Shown here piece by piece: positions 13,151-25,129 of a stretch of 64,000 nt of DNA. Source of the stretch: Isurus oxyrinchus (taxonomy: Eukaryota); NCBI GenBank assembly GCA_026770705.1, contig JANJGN010000026.1:35278001-35342000 (forward strand), given 5' to 3'. Under the pieces are notes generated by a model. It had not been told where the DNA came from. It was given only the letters and a program-made list of their open reading frames with translations, and searched no databases. Numbering within the stretch: the stretch's first letter is position 1; each line of letters opens with the position of its first letter. The position numbers and the translations under genes were made by a program.

Positions 13151-15201
13151 ATACAGAGTAATTTCTTCCTCTGCATTGTCCAATCAAATAGGTCAAGGAC
13201 TGCTACAGCACAGATTAACATAGGATAAAACTCTCTCTGCATTGCCTAACCGATCACTCCCAAGACAGAAACATCACTGGCTTAAAATCGACCAAATCTC
13301 CTTCGACAGTCTGTCTGTCATTTCTGAACTGTCTTTTCTGACTGTCACAATGGGTTGGGCATCTCATTTCTGAGGCGCCTGGTCAAAAATCAAACTTTCA
13401 TATTTCTCACAAATACAAGTTTTGTGAAGAAATAAATCGAACTGCACTTCCTGAAATACAGGAGAGCGAACCAGAAGGTTAACAACCAGCCAGGAAGATT
13501 CCTGGTCCCAGCACAGTGACCATGCACACAGAAACAGAACAGACACAAACGGTGCAACAATCGAGTTCCCAGCAGATAGATCTGTTCAATCTGTCCATTT
13601 CATTCAAGCTGTTTGATTCCAATTGATCAACAGTCAACTTGTTACAATTATTCTATAACTTCTTTCAAATTAAACTGATTTTCATTTCAAAACTCCCTTT
13701 GAAGTCCATTTAATTCTCCGTCTGACTCAAATCTCCAAACAATGTACGATTTAATTTACCCTGAAATTGAGCACAGCAAATACTACAGATTCAAGATAAT
13801 TAGTTGTCCGTAATAAAGACTCAATGACAGGGTAAGAATTAAACAAATCAGGAAACATTCACATTGAAAACCGATTACACACTGATATCTTTTGATTTTA
13901 GGTATAAATATAACCAATAAAAACATCAAGGCGAAACACATTATCGAGCTGAGCACAGCTGAGTAAGAAAAGTATTCTTTTCTGAATTCATTTTGGATAC
14001 AATTAAAAATTCTCTCCACCCTTTGAGATTTTGCATTCACTATAATGTCCAGTACACTATTTAATTGTTGGAGTTCATTTATGTTGAATTAATTATCACT
14101 AATATTATATTGTAAGTTAATTATCTTGTTATTGTCAATTCATTTTCTTGTTAGCTGATTTCTACTTTATAATAAAAATAGTTTTCAATGATTGAAAATT
14201 TGTTTCTCCTTGGTACTTTGTGAAATAATTGAGGTTTATTTAAATCAACCTTACACTGAAACAATGTTAAACAATAAACTTCAAATTACTAGATGGTAAC
14301 ATTCAGGCAAGTATATAAATTTTACTTAAATCTGATCAATATTTATTATTGTATTTTTACTTCTCCTGCTCTGTTTTAACGGACAAAATTTTAAACTATG
14401 CGTTTCTGAACAGATTGAGAAATCATAAGTTCCATCTATTCTCATCAAGCAATTCACATGACGAATTTATGAGCTGAATATTTGAAACACTTTCAAATCT
14501 GACCGGGGTCACATCGCATTAACTGTCGATGAGGTGTAATATCATCTGTTTACTGAATTAATCTTGTCTTAACTCCAAGCTACATGTAAACAAATCTTCC
14601 TGGCAGTTACTTATTATCAATAAAAGTGCTTCCTAGATAACAATCCCTATAATTTAATTGTTAATTATATTATTCACTGAACGAAGATCCAAATTGATCA
14701 GTATAAAACTTGATGAGAACAATTCATTCAGATCATCTGCACCACTGAAATATAACTGGCAAATTGATTCCAGATTTTGTCCTTCAAGTTAATATTCAAT
14801 AAGAATTAAGCATGAATCTCAGATATAATCTGTTCTTTTCCTATAATTCTATTCTGTGCACAGCACAGCAATAGGAGACAGGATGTTGTTATTAAGTTCA
14901 AAACTAATACTAATGTTTGCAATTAAATTAACCTGTTCGAATTTCAAGCTTTTACTTGTCAATCTCTATTCAAATGCAGTCTGCACCTTCCTACAGTTCA
15001 AAAAATGTAAGAACAATTCCTTTACTGCCAGCGAATTACACCCCCCACCGTAAACTGTTTAAAATTAGATTAGTGACAATTATCTCGCTATCCAAATCCC
15101 AATGACATTGAAGGAATAATATGGTTATGGCTGCACAGAAAGAATGTAATAACCGGATAGACATATTGCCAAACAGCAATGTCAAACTCTTCTTTAAGTC
15201 A

Positions 15202-15209
15202 ATGCAAAT
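15202..15209. promoter_or_regulatory. Octamer (ATGCAAAT) in the unique part of the J-Cmu intron; candidate intronic enhancer element
   Basis: Perfect octamer about 1.25 kb 3' of JH; function inferred only from position. Confidence 0.35.
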
Positions 15210-16463
15210 GTTATCAGGGATATAAAAAAGTAATTCAAAATCTCTTTTGAAACTGAACAATTTTGTAGTCAATATATTCTTACTGAAATGTTTTCAACCA
15301 TAATCACAAAATGTTTCCAGCCTAAAAACTTTCCCGATCATGTTAGTTGCGCGCAGAGCACAGCAGAGTTGTGAAAGGCGATTAATGATCAATTAGGTTA
15401 ATATGAAAGCTGTTCCGTCAATATGGAGAAATATTACCACATTATAATTGTTTGAATTGTATTAATTTTACTCTACAATTTGAAAACTTGGTAATTATAT
15501 AGTTTCTGATTGCAGTAACGAATTATGTTCTGAATGAGCGTCATAATCCATGGTTTAGTTTAATCTGCAATTACCACTTAAAATAAAGACAAAATGTCCT
15601 AACACATTTTAAACGCTTTTTTTCCATTTCTGAAACCTGTTTGTTTTCTGCATACAATCGCGCTTCAAGCAGATACAAACGCGTAGGCTGCTTCAATTCA
15701 ATCGCAAAACGTGTAACCGCTCAATGTCACCGAGTTTAAACAAAGCAGAAACAATGCAGAACCGCCAAACCGTTTCATAAATTCTACTTGTTCAAAGTCA
15801 CCCAGACACACAATCTCCTCAGCAGAAAATACACCAAAATCACATCACTGAGGGGCTGAAACCCGTTTCATGGAGAATCAGCTCAATTCTACAAACACTT
15901 CCAACAGAATTCATTGTAACATTGCAAGAAAATCTCAATATCGAATCCAGACAACCGCTCGTCACCAAATGAATGAATAATTAAACTAAACAGAAATATG
16001 AAATAATGTCAACAGCATTCTGAGTAGGCGGAACATGTTCAATAAATTAATATTAAAACTTAAGCATATTTGCTAAAATTGGGTTTGATTTCAAATCTAT
16101 TTAAACCCTTGTGCAACAGATGGTAAAACCCGCAGCCATTAGATGTCACCGAGATTAAACAATGCAGAAACGTCAAACTGTTTTCACAAACGTTAGATAT
16201 TTCAAGTAGCCCGGCCACACAGTATCCTCAGCAGGTAAACACCAAATCACAACGACCAAAGTCTCAATCCATCAGCAGCACTTGTTATCAAGACACAGCG
16301 GAATTATATAACTCAATTTCACAGAATCACATGAAACATTGTAAAAATTCTGCATACAGAATCCACCAAACCCAGGTTTCATTGGCTGAATGAATTGTTA
16401 AAATAGACAAAAATGTAAAGCAAAGATCAAATAAAAGTTACTAAATAAATGTGTGGTTCTTAC

Positions 16464-16511
16464 CTGCAGTCACTGTTATCATGGTCCCTTTCCCCCAGTA
16501 GCCCATAGCGT
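16464..16511 (-). CDS. IGHJ: JH segment (AMGYWGKGTMITVTA)
   Basis: WGxG motif; GTAAG donor at 16459-63; RSS read on + as CACAGTG(16512-18) - 23 - ACAATAACT(16542-50). Confidence 0.97.
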
Positions 16512-16879
16512 CACAGTGTTACATTCCCTGGGCTGTGCCATACAATAACTGTCCCTGCACGAAAAAGACAGAAATCCATCATTATTTTAAATATTCATAA
16601 GTCAGGGGCAAAGTAATATCACGATGAATCTTCACGAAATTATATTTGCGTATGTGGATATCTTTAGCTATTTAACAATGATCATCATGTTTTATAATTC
16701 ACGGAATAACACATAAACATTTTATTGAATTCACCAACTGATGAATGCATAATTATCACAACTTTTCCATCTTAAACCATGTTTTTTGGGCAGTACTGGG
16801 TAGAAATAATACTTCATTGTAAATATAGCAGGATTGTAAAAGCGAGCACTGAACCTGGCAGACTCAATTAGTGCTGAGG

Positions 16880-16948
16880 GGTTTTTGTATTCTTAGTAAC
16901 TGCTGTGCCACCCAGTATATCACAGCGAGACACATCATGTGAAATACT
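16880..16948 (-). other. D2 segment (16908-16920, ATATACTGGGTGG) flanked by two 12-RSSs
   Basis: On +: GGTTTTTGT(16880-88) - 12 - TGCTGTG(16901-07), then D, then CACAGCG(16921-27) - 12 - TGAAATACT(16940-48). Confidence 0.93.
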
Positions 16949-17258
16949 GCGGCAGACTGTTCACTGTAAATGCAGAGATTTAATTTCACTGCGCTCACAA
17001 AAACCTGATTCCGACACGCCTAAGAGTGAATCAGTGAGATATTTCAGCTTGTGCTGGTCATTATATTTATAAATATGATTGGAGTTCTTTAAAAGCCTCT
17101 GTGAAGATTTATCGTGTCCGTAAACACAAACAAAGCAGAAGACTTTTATATATTTTTGCAAGCCAATATTACTTATACCCATTATTTTATTTAGCTCCTA
17201 TTTTCTTTGACTTTTCCTGTTGTGATCGTGATCACCAATTTGAACAAACTCCTTCTGA

Positions 17259-17338
17259 GGTTTTTGTATGAGGATGTCGCTGTGCACAGCACTGTGACCC
17301 CCTGTAGTATCACAGTGAAATACACCCGCACAAAAACT
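17259..17338 (-). other. D1 segment (17297-17310, ATACTACAGGGGGT) with 5' 12-RSS and 3' 22-RSS
   Basis: On +: GGTTTTTGT(17259-67) - 22 nt - CACTGTG(17290-96), then D, then CACAGTG(17311-17) - 12 nt - ACAAAAACT(17330-38). Confidence 0.96.
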
Positions 17339-17707
17339 GCACCCACTCTCTGTTCAGTGCTGCCTCTCAATATTCACTTCAAATAGACGTTTACTCCTGA
17401 TCTAGTTTAGTATTTATGCAGCAATTTACAAAACTCAATGAACAGTGATCCCCTACAAGTATTAGACATATTCAAATGAACATTATATCCAGGTCTGTAA
17501 TTGCGGAAACTGTTAACAGTAAATATAAACACAGCCGAAGTTCAACCCATGATATCGATTGTTTTGTTAGGTTTTACTGTTAAATTTGCTGTTTTACTTT
17601 GGTCAGAAGCGACTTGTTGTCGGGTTCTGATCATTACAGTTAATATTACATTTAAAACAAGTACTGACTGTCAGGTTACGATGGAAGTTGTTGAGTTTCT
17701 CTCGATC

Positions 17708-17746
17708 TGATCTAGTTCGGGTCCAGCCCTGGTTCCTCTCGCTGTG
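17708..17746 (-). other. VH 3' RSS (CACAGCG - 23 - ACTAGATCA)
   Basis: Heptamer 17740-17746, spacer AGAGGAACCAGGGCTGGACCCGA; the nonamer matches ACAAAAACC at only 5/9 positions. Confidence 0.85.
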
Positions 17747-18051
17747 GTCTCTTGCACAGTAATAGATGGCGGTGTCTTCAGTCTTCAGGCTCGTCATGTC
17801 CAAGGAAAAGATGTTTCTTGAAGTGTCTTTGGACGCAGTAAATCGATTTTTAATTCCTGGGGCGTAGTTGTTGCTGGATGAACTATCGTACCAAAGCAGC
17901 CACTCCAACCCTTGTCCGGGAACCTGTCGGACCCAATACATGGTGTAGCTGCCAAGATCGAAGCCGCTGGTTTTACAGGTCAGTGTCAGGGAGCCTCCGG
18001 GACGCCCGGTCTCTGCCTCTGGCTGAGTCAACACAACCTCCGATTGGACAC
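17747..18051 (-). CDS. IGHV: VH exon: (R)[51 protein letters not shown]...[33 protein letters not shown]
   Basis: TTTTTACAG acceptor; conserved Cys, WVRQ, GLEW and YYCAR; no stops; followed directly by the heptamer. Confidence 0.98.
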
Positions 18052-18177
18052 CTGTAAAAATATATCAAAAACCCCGAGGATTAATCCTGGTGAAATGATT
18101 CCTGACTCTGTAACATTCCAGAGAGATTAACTCTGAGACAGTAATAGTGAGAGACTTGGAGAATGAAAACTACTCAC

Positions 18178-18223
18178 GGGATAAGAAAGTCAGCAAGAAA
18201 CTGAGAGAAATCGCCGACCTCAT
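18178..18223 (-). CDS. IGHV: IgH leader exon (MRSAISLSFLLTFLS + 1 nt)
   Basis: 46-nt hydrophobic signal exon followed by a GTGAGT donor (18172-18177). An in-frame upstream ATG at 18235 is also possible. Confidence 0.93.
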
Positions 18224-18312
18224 CCTTCTGGTCATTTGGGGAAAATGGTTCTGTCCAGAACTCAGTGAACAAACCAGCTCCCGGACTGTTGGATTCCGGC
18301 TCCAGTGAGCGA

Positions 18313-18322
18313 TATTTAAATA
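18313..18322 (-). promoter_or_regulatory. TATA-like box of the VH promoter
   Basis: TATTTAAATA about 90 nt upstream of the leader ATG; no octamer seen nearby. Confidence 0.65.
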
Positions 18323-19675
18323 CCCGGCAGAAGGGGGCGGGTTTCCAGGCGCCGCCTGTTGATTCCCTGGTGGAGGCGGTGAATGGATCCACGCCCCTCC
18401 TTCCACACCCCCAACAGAATGGACTCAGATATTTACAATAGGTTATTGTTAAAAGTGGATATCGGGATATTTGGCTGAATGGATTCATTGGAATGCATCC
18501 ATTGGTTCCAATGGTGAAATTCCAGTTGAACATCTGTTAATAAAAAAAACTAATTCCATTGATAATTAAGTCAATTTATTTCTACACTACCTCACAAGGG
18601 ATGGAACCTAAAAAATTAAATTATATTATCAGGGAATAAAGGGAATGTCAGTCTGTTTTGCAGCAACTCCGGGTCTCTATCTCATTACCACAATAAAGTG
18701 TCATCAGTCATAGGAATTATTATTGATTTGTGTAACTAAATGCGGGGGATGAACAAGGTGATTCTATTTACAGCCAGGGGGGCTATCGCTGTACAATTTG
18801 GGTCCGGAGATAAGAAGAATCTCCTCACAGTATACAATGTAGCTCCTTGCATTTCTCTAACTGCCCCTGACTCTAAGACAGCCCTGTGAAAATTAGCAAC
18901 AAAAGAAGCCCACCTGCCTGATAATTAAACAGTGAGTTTACAGAGAAAGGTAAAATTTACATCAATTTTTGACGGAGAAGTTAATGAATCAGAACGGACA
19001 CGGAGATTAGCAAAGTTATCCTTCAGAATTCAAATCATTGCAGCTAATTTTATTGGCCTCCCGCTGTCTACCATTCACTGGTATTGGGAACACAGGATAT
19101 CAGCACTTTGCGGCATATTACACAACATCACAAGAATAAATGTTTTATCTTCCACTGAAGCGGGTCATGAACTGGTTATTTCTCCACTCATTGGCAGCAA
19201 TGAGAGGGACTGTTAAATATTCGAAATCAGCACAAATTAAACTATACAGTACAGGGTGCTAATCGGGTATAAGTGATCCCTCAGGTTAATTAAGGTGCAC
19301 AACTCGGGGAATATTCAAGGAATTCCTGCGGGTTCAAGACAATTCTATGGTTTTCTTTTAATTTAATTTCTTTTTTTTTGCCATTCTACTCAAATCATTA
19401 GACTGGGGGATTGGGACCATCAACATCGCTCTCTCGCACTTCATGAAGTTCTTAATAAACAGGCTTTAATAACTGGAATGTCCTTTACTTAGCAATAGTA
19501 TAAATTAAATAGTATACGGCCAATTTCCTGATCGTGTTTAACCTCAGTGAACACGGCATTCATTAAAATATTTCCTTAGATGAAATGCCATTTAAAATGT
19601 GTCCTTCGTGTGCGACTGAAACATTTATTGTTTGAATGGCTAAATCCCATTTTGTTCATTCATATCCAGGCTAAT

Positions 19676-19830
19676 CTGCCCCACGCAGTATTTGGCAGCA
19701 AGCCAGCCGGCTGCAGTCAGGGACGCTCGAATGTGCAATGTTGTTTACAGGAAGCATCTGTGAGTTTGTGGAGTAAATGAAAGATCTGTTTCCTCAGTAC
19801 TGACCGCTTGGCTGCAAGCCAACTTCAAAC
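19676..19830 (-). pseudogene. TCR-V relic upstream of the IgM promoter, paralogous to 59046-59336
   Basis: Minus strand reads LQPSGQY*GNRSFI and NNIAHSSVP/LQPAG../YCVG, aligning with LQLHRQN*NPAPAFVI and NYIAAFTLFALQVADNPVYYCVL. It lies at the position predicted by the inverted duplication. Confidence 0.45.
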
Positions 19831-20147
19831 TCTTAACTCTTGACACTTGGCAACAAGGCCTATTTATAACAAATCTACCCAGCAACGACACTGGAGTCAG
19901 CTTTATTATTTTAAATTGTGAACTTATGTGGACTGTGCCCAGCTCTCAGGAAAGAAAAGTTATCCAGCTTCTCTGATACTCTCTCATCATCACTGGCTCA
20001 TTGGAGGATCTCTCCAACACACCATAATATTGTGGTGAATGGATGGATGGAAAGAATTACAGGCAGATTATCAGAGAGGACTCAGAGAGAGGGTACATTT
20101 TGTTACAGTCAAACATATAAATCTGTGTGATTTTTTTTGCCCCTTTA

Positions 20148-20535
20148 CTTTTTCACGGGATGTGGGAGTCACTGGCAAGGCCAGCATTTGTTGCTTCTCC
20201 CTAATTGCCTTTGAAATGAGTGCCTTGCTGGGCCATTTCAGAGGGCAGGTAGAGTCCACCATATTTCTATGGATCTGGAGTCACATGTAGGCCTGACTAG
20301 GTCCAGTGACAGATTTCCTTTCCAAAAGGACATTAGTGAACCAGATGAGTTTTTTTCCACAATCGTTGATAGCTTCATGGTTCCGCTCACTGAGACCAGT
20401 TTTCAATCCCAGGTTTATTGTTGAATTTAAATTCCACTCGCTGCCATGGCGGGATTTGAATTCGTGTCCCCAGGAGAATAGCTTAGGTCTCTGGATTACT
20501 CGTCCAGTGACATGAATACAACACCACCATCTGCC
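20148..20535 (-). mobile_element. tRNA-derived SINE with LINE-type tail
   Basis: Minus strand has a tRNA-like head (..CACTGGACGAGTAATCCAGAG..TTCAAATCCCGCCATGGCAG) and a GGCAATTAGGG..CCCACATCCC tail. Related nested copies occur at ~23960-24500. Confidence 0.75.
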
Positions 20536-21319
20536 AAAGAATGGAGGGATGTTGCAGAGATGCGGGAATGAATGATGGTTGGATGCCTGAACATTTTTAT
20601 GAAAGGAACAGTGAATGAATTGATCGATGTATCGAAAGGCACATCTGGACATACTGTTTTACCTTCTCATCTTGGTGCTTGACTACTCCATACCTTGAAG
20701 CAGGTCCAGCTTTTCATTTGTGTCAATCTAATACCTTCAGTCCCTCCGGATTTTCTGGATGTATTCCATCCCCAGGGTATCGAGCTGAACGTCACCAAGA
20801 AGCCTGGAGATGTCCCTGTGGTACTGATGATTCTTCCCTGCTGATGGGGAATCATTATCTTTAAGACAGAAAGCGGGTACATAATTCGGTTTAGGATGGA
20901 GGATTGTAATATTTGGAACATGTGGTCCTTTCATGTAAAACAAAGCATTCAACATATCCTCACCCAAATTAGGGAGGGTAATGGGCATTACTCACTGGAG
21001 AGCCGCATTAACTTACAGTCAGGTCCAGGTAGTTTTATTTATACCATTACTTTACAAATCCTCACACACTCCAGTTACATTTCAGGAGTTTCTGTGTGAT
21101 GATGAGGAGATTACTTAAAGCGCAGAGGTTGCTGGGTAGCTGCTCATTATCCTCGGTCTGATTTAATTCCATTTCCCACTGAATTCTGGGACAGATGTGA
21201 TTCCTCACTGACAGAATGGTCAATGTGATCTCAATAAATGTTAACGATATTAAATGAATCGCAGTTACATTTTGTATGGAATAAAATACTGAAAATGCTT
21301 GGTTCATGCAATTGTTAAT

Positions 21320-21560
21320 ATTTGTGAATGGATGATTATTGCTGAATATAATTATTTGTCTTGTGAATTGATGGTAATTGGTGAATATAATTTATCTTTG
21401 TGGATTGATGATAGTTGGTGAATATTATTATTTATCTTTGTGAATGGATGCCAATTGGTGAATATACTTATTTATCTTTGTGAATTGATGATTATTCTTG
21501 AAGATAATTATTTACCTTTGTGAGCTGATAATAATTGGTGTTGATAATTATTTATCTTTC
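21320..21560. repeat. ~40-bp AT-rich tandem repeat, about 6 copies
   Basis: TTGTGAATTGATGATAATTGGTGAATATAATTATTTATCT units. Confidence 0.85.
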
Positions 21561-23110
21561 TCAGCCTTTACAATCTTCTTCTACTCTGCTGAAAGATAAG
21601 ATCCGTTCCACAGGAGGTGAATGATGCAAAAATCACCACACTATCTGAAAATAAAGCCGGCAGGTGAGACTGCAACAACTACAGGGACATCTCATTCATA
21701 GAGTAACGGGGAAGGCCTTTGCTCAGGTCATGCTTTAAAGACTTCATCTGGTTGCAGGCTGAAGCACAATTTGATGTTTTTAACAGAAGCTATACTCTGG
21801 ACATGATTTGCTCCACACGCTGGACACCATCAGCAGAACAGGACTCTACAAGGCTTTTGGGAAAATTGGCTGTTCACCAAAGCGACTCAGTCTCATTCAC
21901 TCCTTCCATGAAAACATGCACTGCACTGTACAGATTGATGATTCCACATCTGACAGATTCGGAGTGAAGACTGGAGTGAAAAATACCTGTGTCCAATCCC
22001 CAACTCTGTTGGGTACCTTCTACATGCTGCTGATCTTTGTCTTCCCTGTAAATATGGAAGGAGTCGACTTACACACTCGATCAGACCACAAGCTCCACAA
22101 TCTATAAGTCAAAAGCGAAGACATAAACACATCGAATCTTGATCAGAGAATTCCTCCACGCTGATAGCCGTGTCATCAAAATGGAAACTCATCCACAAAG
22201 ACTGATGAGCTGTCTCTCCCATGCCTGTAACTTGTTCTCCCTGACTATAAGCATGGAGAAAACCGTGGTCATGGGATAAGGAATTGTATTTCCATCATTC
22301 ATCACACTAAATAAAAAACCGATGGAAGTAAATTCTGCTCCCTGGGTTCCAAGGTGACAGGCAGCCTGTTCCTTGCTGCAGAACTTGATACCCGTATGGG
22401 GAAAGCAGCTGTCACCTTTGGCTGACTCGTGAAACGCCCCTGGAATAACATCAAACTGGCCCTTAGGACCAAGCTGATGGTTTATAAGGCCTGTGTTCTC
22501 AGCACCTTTCTCTATGGCTGTGAAACATAAATGAATTACAGTTATCAAGAAAAGAAGCCCCACAATTTCCATCTTCACTGCCTGCTGGGCATTTTGGGTA
22601 TGTACTGCAGGATAAAGTCACAAATGCAGTGGTACTGTCAAAGGCAGAGCTCCCAAAACTCCAGAACTCATCAAACAGAAGCGGTTTTTGTGTCTTGGGA
22701 ACGTTCGCAGGATGGAAGATGGTCACATACACAAGGACTTTCTGTATGGTGAGGGAGCCGGACGCAGACAACCAGTGGGACACCCAAAGCTCCGCTTCAA
22801 GGATGCTAGAAGTGAAGGCCCTAAATATCGATTATCACAACTGAGTGTCCCTAACTGACGAGTGAGGAAAATGGTGACACCTCCTGTGGTTTGGCGTGAA
22901 CCACCATGTTGACCAGTGGCTACAGTGGCTTGGTAATCCAGGCTAACACCGGGGAAAAAAAGAAGCCACAACGACATTTTCTAGGTTCATGTGCAGCACT
23001 TGTGGCAGATACTGCCTCACAACAATTGGCCTCCTTAGCAATCAGCACATCGGAAATGGCTTTGTTTCCATTGTGTGTCTGTGACCTTTCATAGATGGAA
23101 GGTTGTCCAG
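21560..23110 (+). mobile_element. RTE-clade LINE fragment (RT to 3' end)
   Basis: Frameshifted motifs FGVKTGVK..C..SPTL, LIREFLHAD, KLMVYKACVLSTFLYGCET, FHLHCLLGILG, KDFLYGE. Confidence 0.85.
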
Positions 23111-25129
23111 GATCTTCGTGAAATTCAGTTGCAAACAATGTGATTTGCTTATCCCTCTCTTTCGCTCCCTCCCAATCTCCTTCACACACACACACACAGA
23201 AACACACACACACAAACACAGACCAAGATGGCATCTTGTGCTTCAACTTAAGATTGCACTTTGACTTCCTGGGAGGCTCCATAGCCTTTAACTATTGAAG
23301 AAAATGACCCTAACTGTCTTTCAGGTGGTATCATGAACCAATAAACTCTTCCCAACACTATGTTCGTTGAGGTGGATATTAATGCTCCAATGGTCTCTGT
23401 ACAGCTCCCTGGTCAACATCCCTCCCTTTGATCAAGATGAACAAAGTTACATCACCAGGAATTGGGCCGCTTTACTCTGGTGCTGACTTTCCCGTGTGCT
23501 AATCAGCCACGTCCAGCTGCAATTAGTTGAATTTTGTTAAATTTTGACACCACCTCCCACAGAAGGCGATGTGGTGTGACACCTGGGGAAGTGGATTCTT
23601 GATACAATAATGTCAAAGACCTAACCTGACAGCAACATTTTCACAGTAGCTGCAATTGCAAAGTTTGGCCAGCAGATGGATGTGAAATCTTGATGGACAC
23701 ATTCTATGAAGCAGGCATTCTCTCAATTAACACTGCATTGGACCCACTCTCTGTCTATTTAAATTGAACTCCATCTATTTTTGTGTTAGACCAAACACTG
23801 TCTCTCTTTATGTTTCAAAGTACCCTGTTTCAATTAATACTGCAACAATCAACACCAATATTTATATCACACAGTCTGGAGGTTCCCAATTCAAACCGAT
23901 CGGATTTACCTCTGCAGTCCTGTCACATCCAGTTGTAAATGGTGGTGGACAAGTAAACAAGTAACTGGAGAATGGGGCTCCACAAAGCTGTGGGTCTGGA
24001 GTTATATGTATGGGAGGTGGTGATGTGCTGGTTTTCTCACTGGGCTAGTAAATCGCTGGGGGTCTGGGTTTGAATCCCACCACGCCAGATGATGAAATTT
24101 GAATTGAAAAATCAAATGGTGACTATGAAAGCATTGTCGTAAAAACCCATCCTAACAAGCCGCACTGTTCTTAAGGGGGCAATTAGGGATGGGCAATAAA
24201 TGCTGGCCTAGCCAGCGCCGCCCCCATTCTCATGAACGAACAAAAAAACAAACGTAGGTCAGACTGGGTCAGGACGGCAGATTTCCTTCCCTAAAGGGCA
24301 TCGGTGAACCAGACGGATGTTTAATATAACCGATTATAGTTTCATGGTCACCATTATTGAGATGAGCTTTCAATTCCAGATTTATTAATTGAATTTGGAT
24401 TCCACATGCTGCCATAATGGGATTCAAACCTCTACCCCCAGGGAAAAGGCCTGGATCTCTGGGTTACTGATCCAGTGAAGTTCCCACGGCACGATCGTCC
24501 ATCCCATATTATACAGGATCCTAGTTCGATTATTAATTCCCTGGGAACAAATTTATTTCTATTGTGCTGGATCAGGCCTCTGTTTGTATGAAAATAGACC
24601 CAATCTCATTAATGTTCCACTGGAAGCCATCTCAGTTTGTATTGCACTGGATTCTTTCTCTGTTTATATTACACTAGGCCCTGTCTCTGTTTATGTTATA
24701 TTAAATCTTGACTATGTCTACATTATAGTGGTCATTGTAACTACGGCACTAGGCTATGTTTCTGAAGAAGAATCATATGGAATTGAAACATTTAACTCTG
24801 TTTCTCTCTCCACAGATGCTCTCCAACCTGCTGAGTTTGTCGAGCATTTTCTGTCTTAATTTCAGATTTCCAGCATTGGCAGAATTTTGCTTTTATCTAT
24901 GCCTCTGTTTAAATTAGAGCTGCATTACTCCATGTTTCTGTGAGATGGAGAGATAATATTATAATAACTACATTAGGCTAGGAATCGGTATCTGAAAGGA
25001 CGGTATCGGATCGGCAGCATATGCTACGCAGCACTTGATATTCATTTTCAGTGCAGTCAGCAGAATTAGATTTCAGATATACCTTCTTTTCCGGTGCCAA
25101 AGGCCAATTTCCCATCTATGGAGTGGTAT

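Larger units (their letters stand above)
3051..18223 (-). other. IGHM: Germline IgM heavy-chain minicluster (L-V-D1-D2-J-Cmu1-Cmu2-Cmu3-Cmu4/secretory), cartilaginous-fish cluster organisation
   Basis: All segments are in order on the minus strand with open frames, phase-1 GT-AG splice sites and compatible 12/23 RSSs. One V, two D and one J about 400 bp apart is the established shark IgH cluster layout. Confidence 0.97.

Noticed and set aside
13512-13550. Perfect heptamer CACAGTG in the J-C intron
   Set aside because: No acceptable nonamer at 12 or 23 spacing and no adjacent coding segment.
18932-19216. ORF containing TIHWYW, resembling a V-domain C strand
   Set aside because: No correctly spaced cysteines, YYC or RSS, and it is on the opposite strand to that predicted by the duplication.
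23325-23560. V-like words (VQLPGQHP, GRFTLVL, LISHVQL) after a good acceptor
   Set aside because: The paralogous copy at 54.1-54.4 kb does not keep these motifs, and there is no Cys, YYC or RSS.
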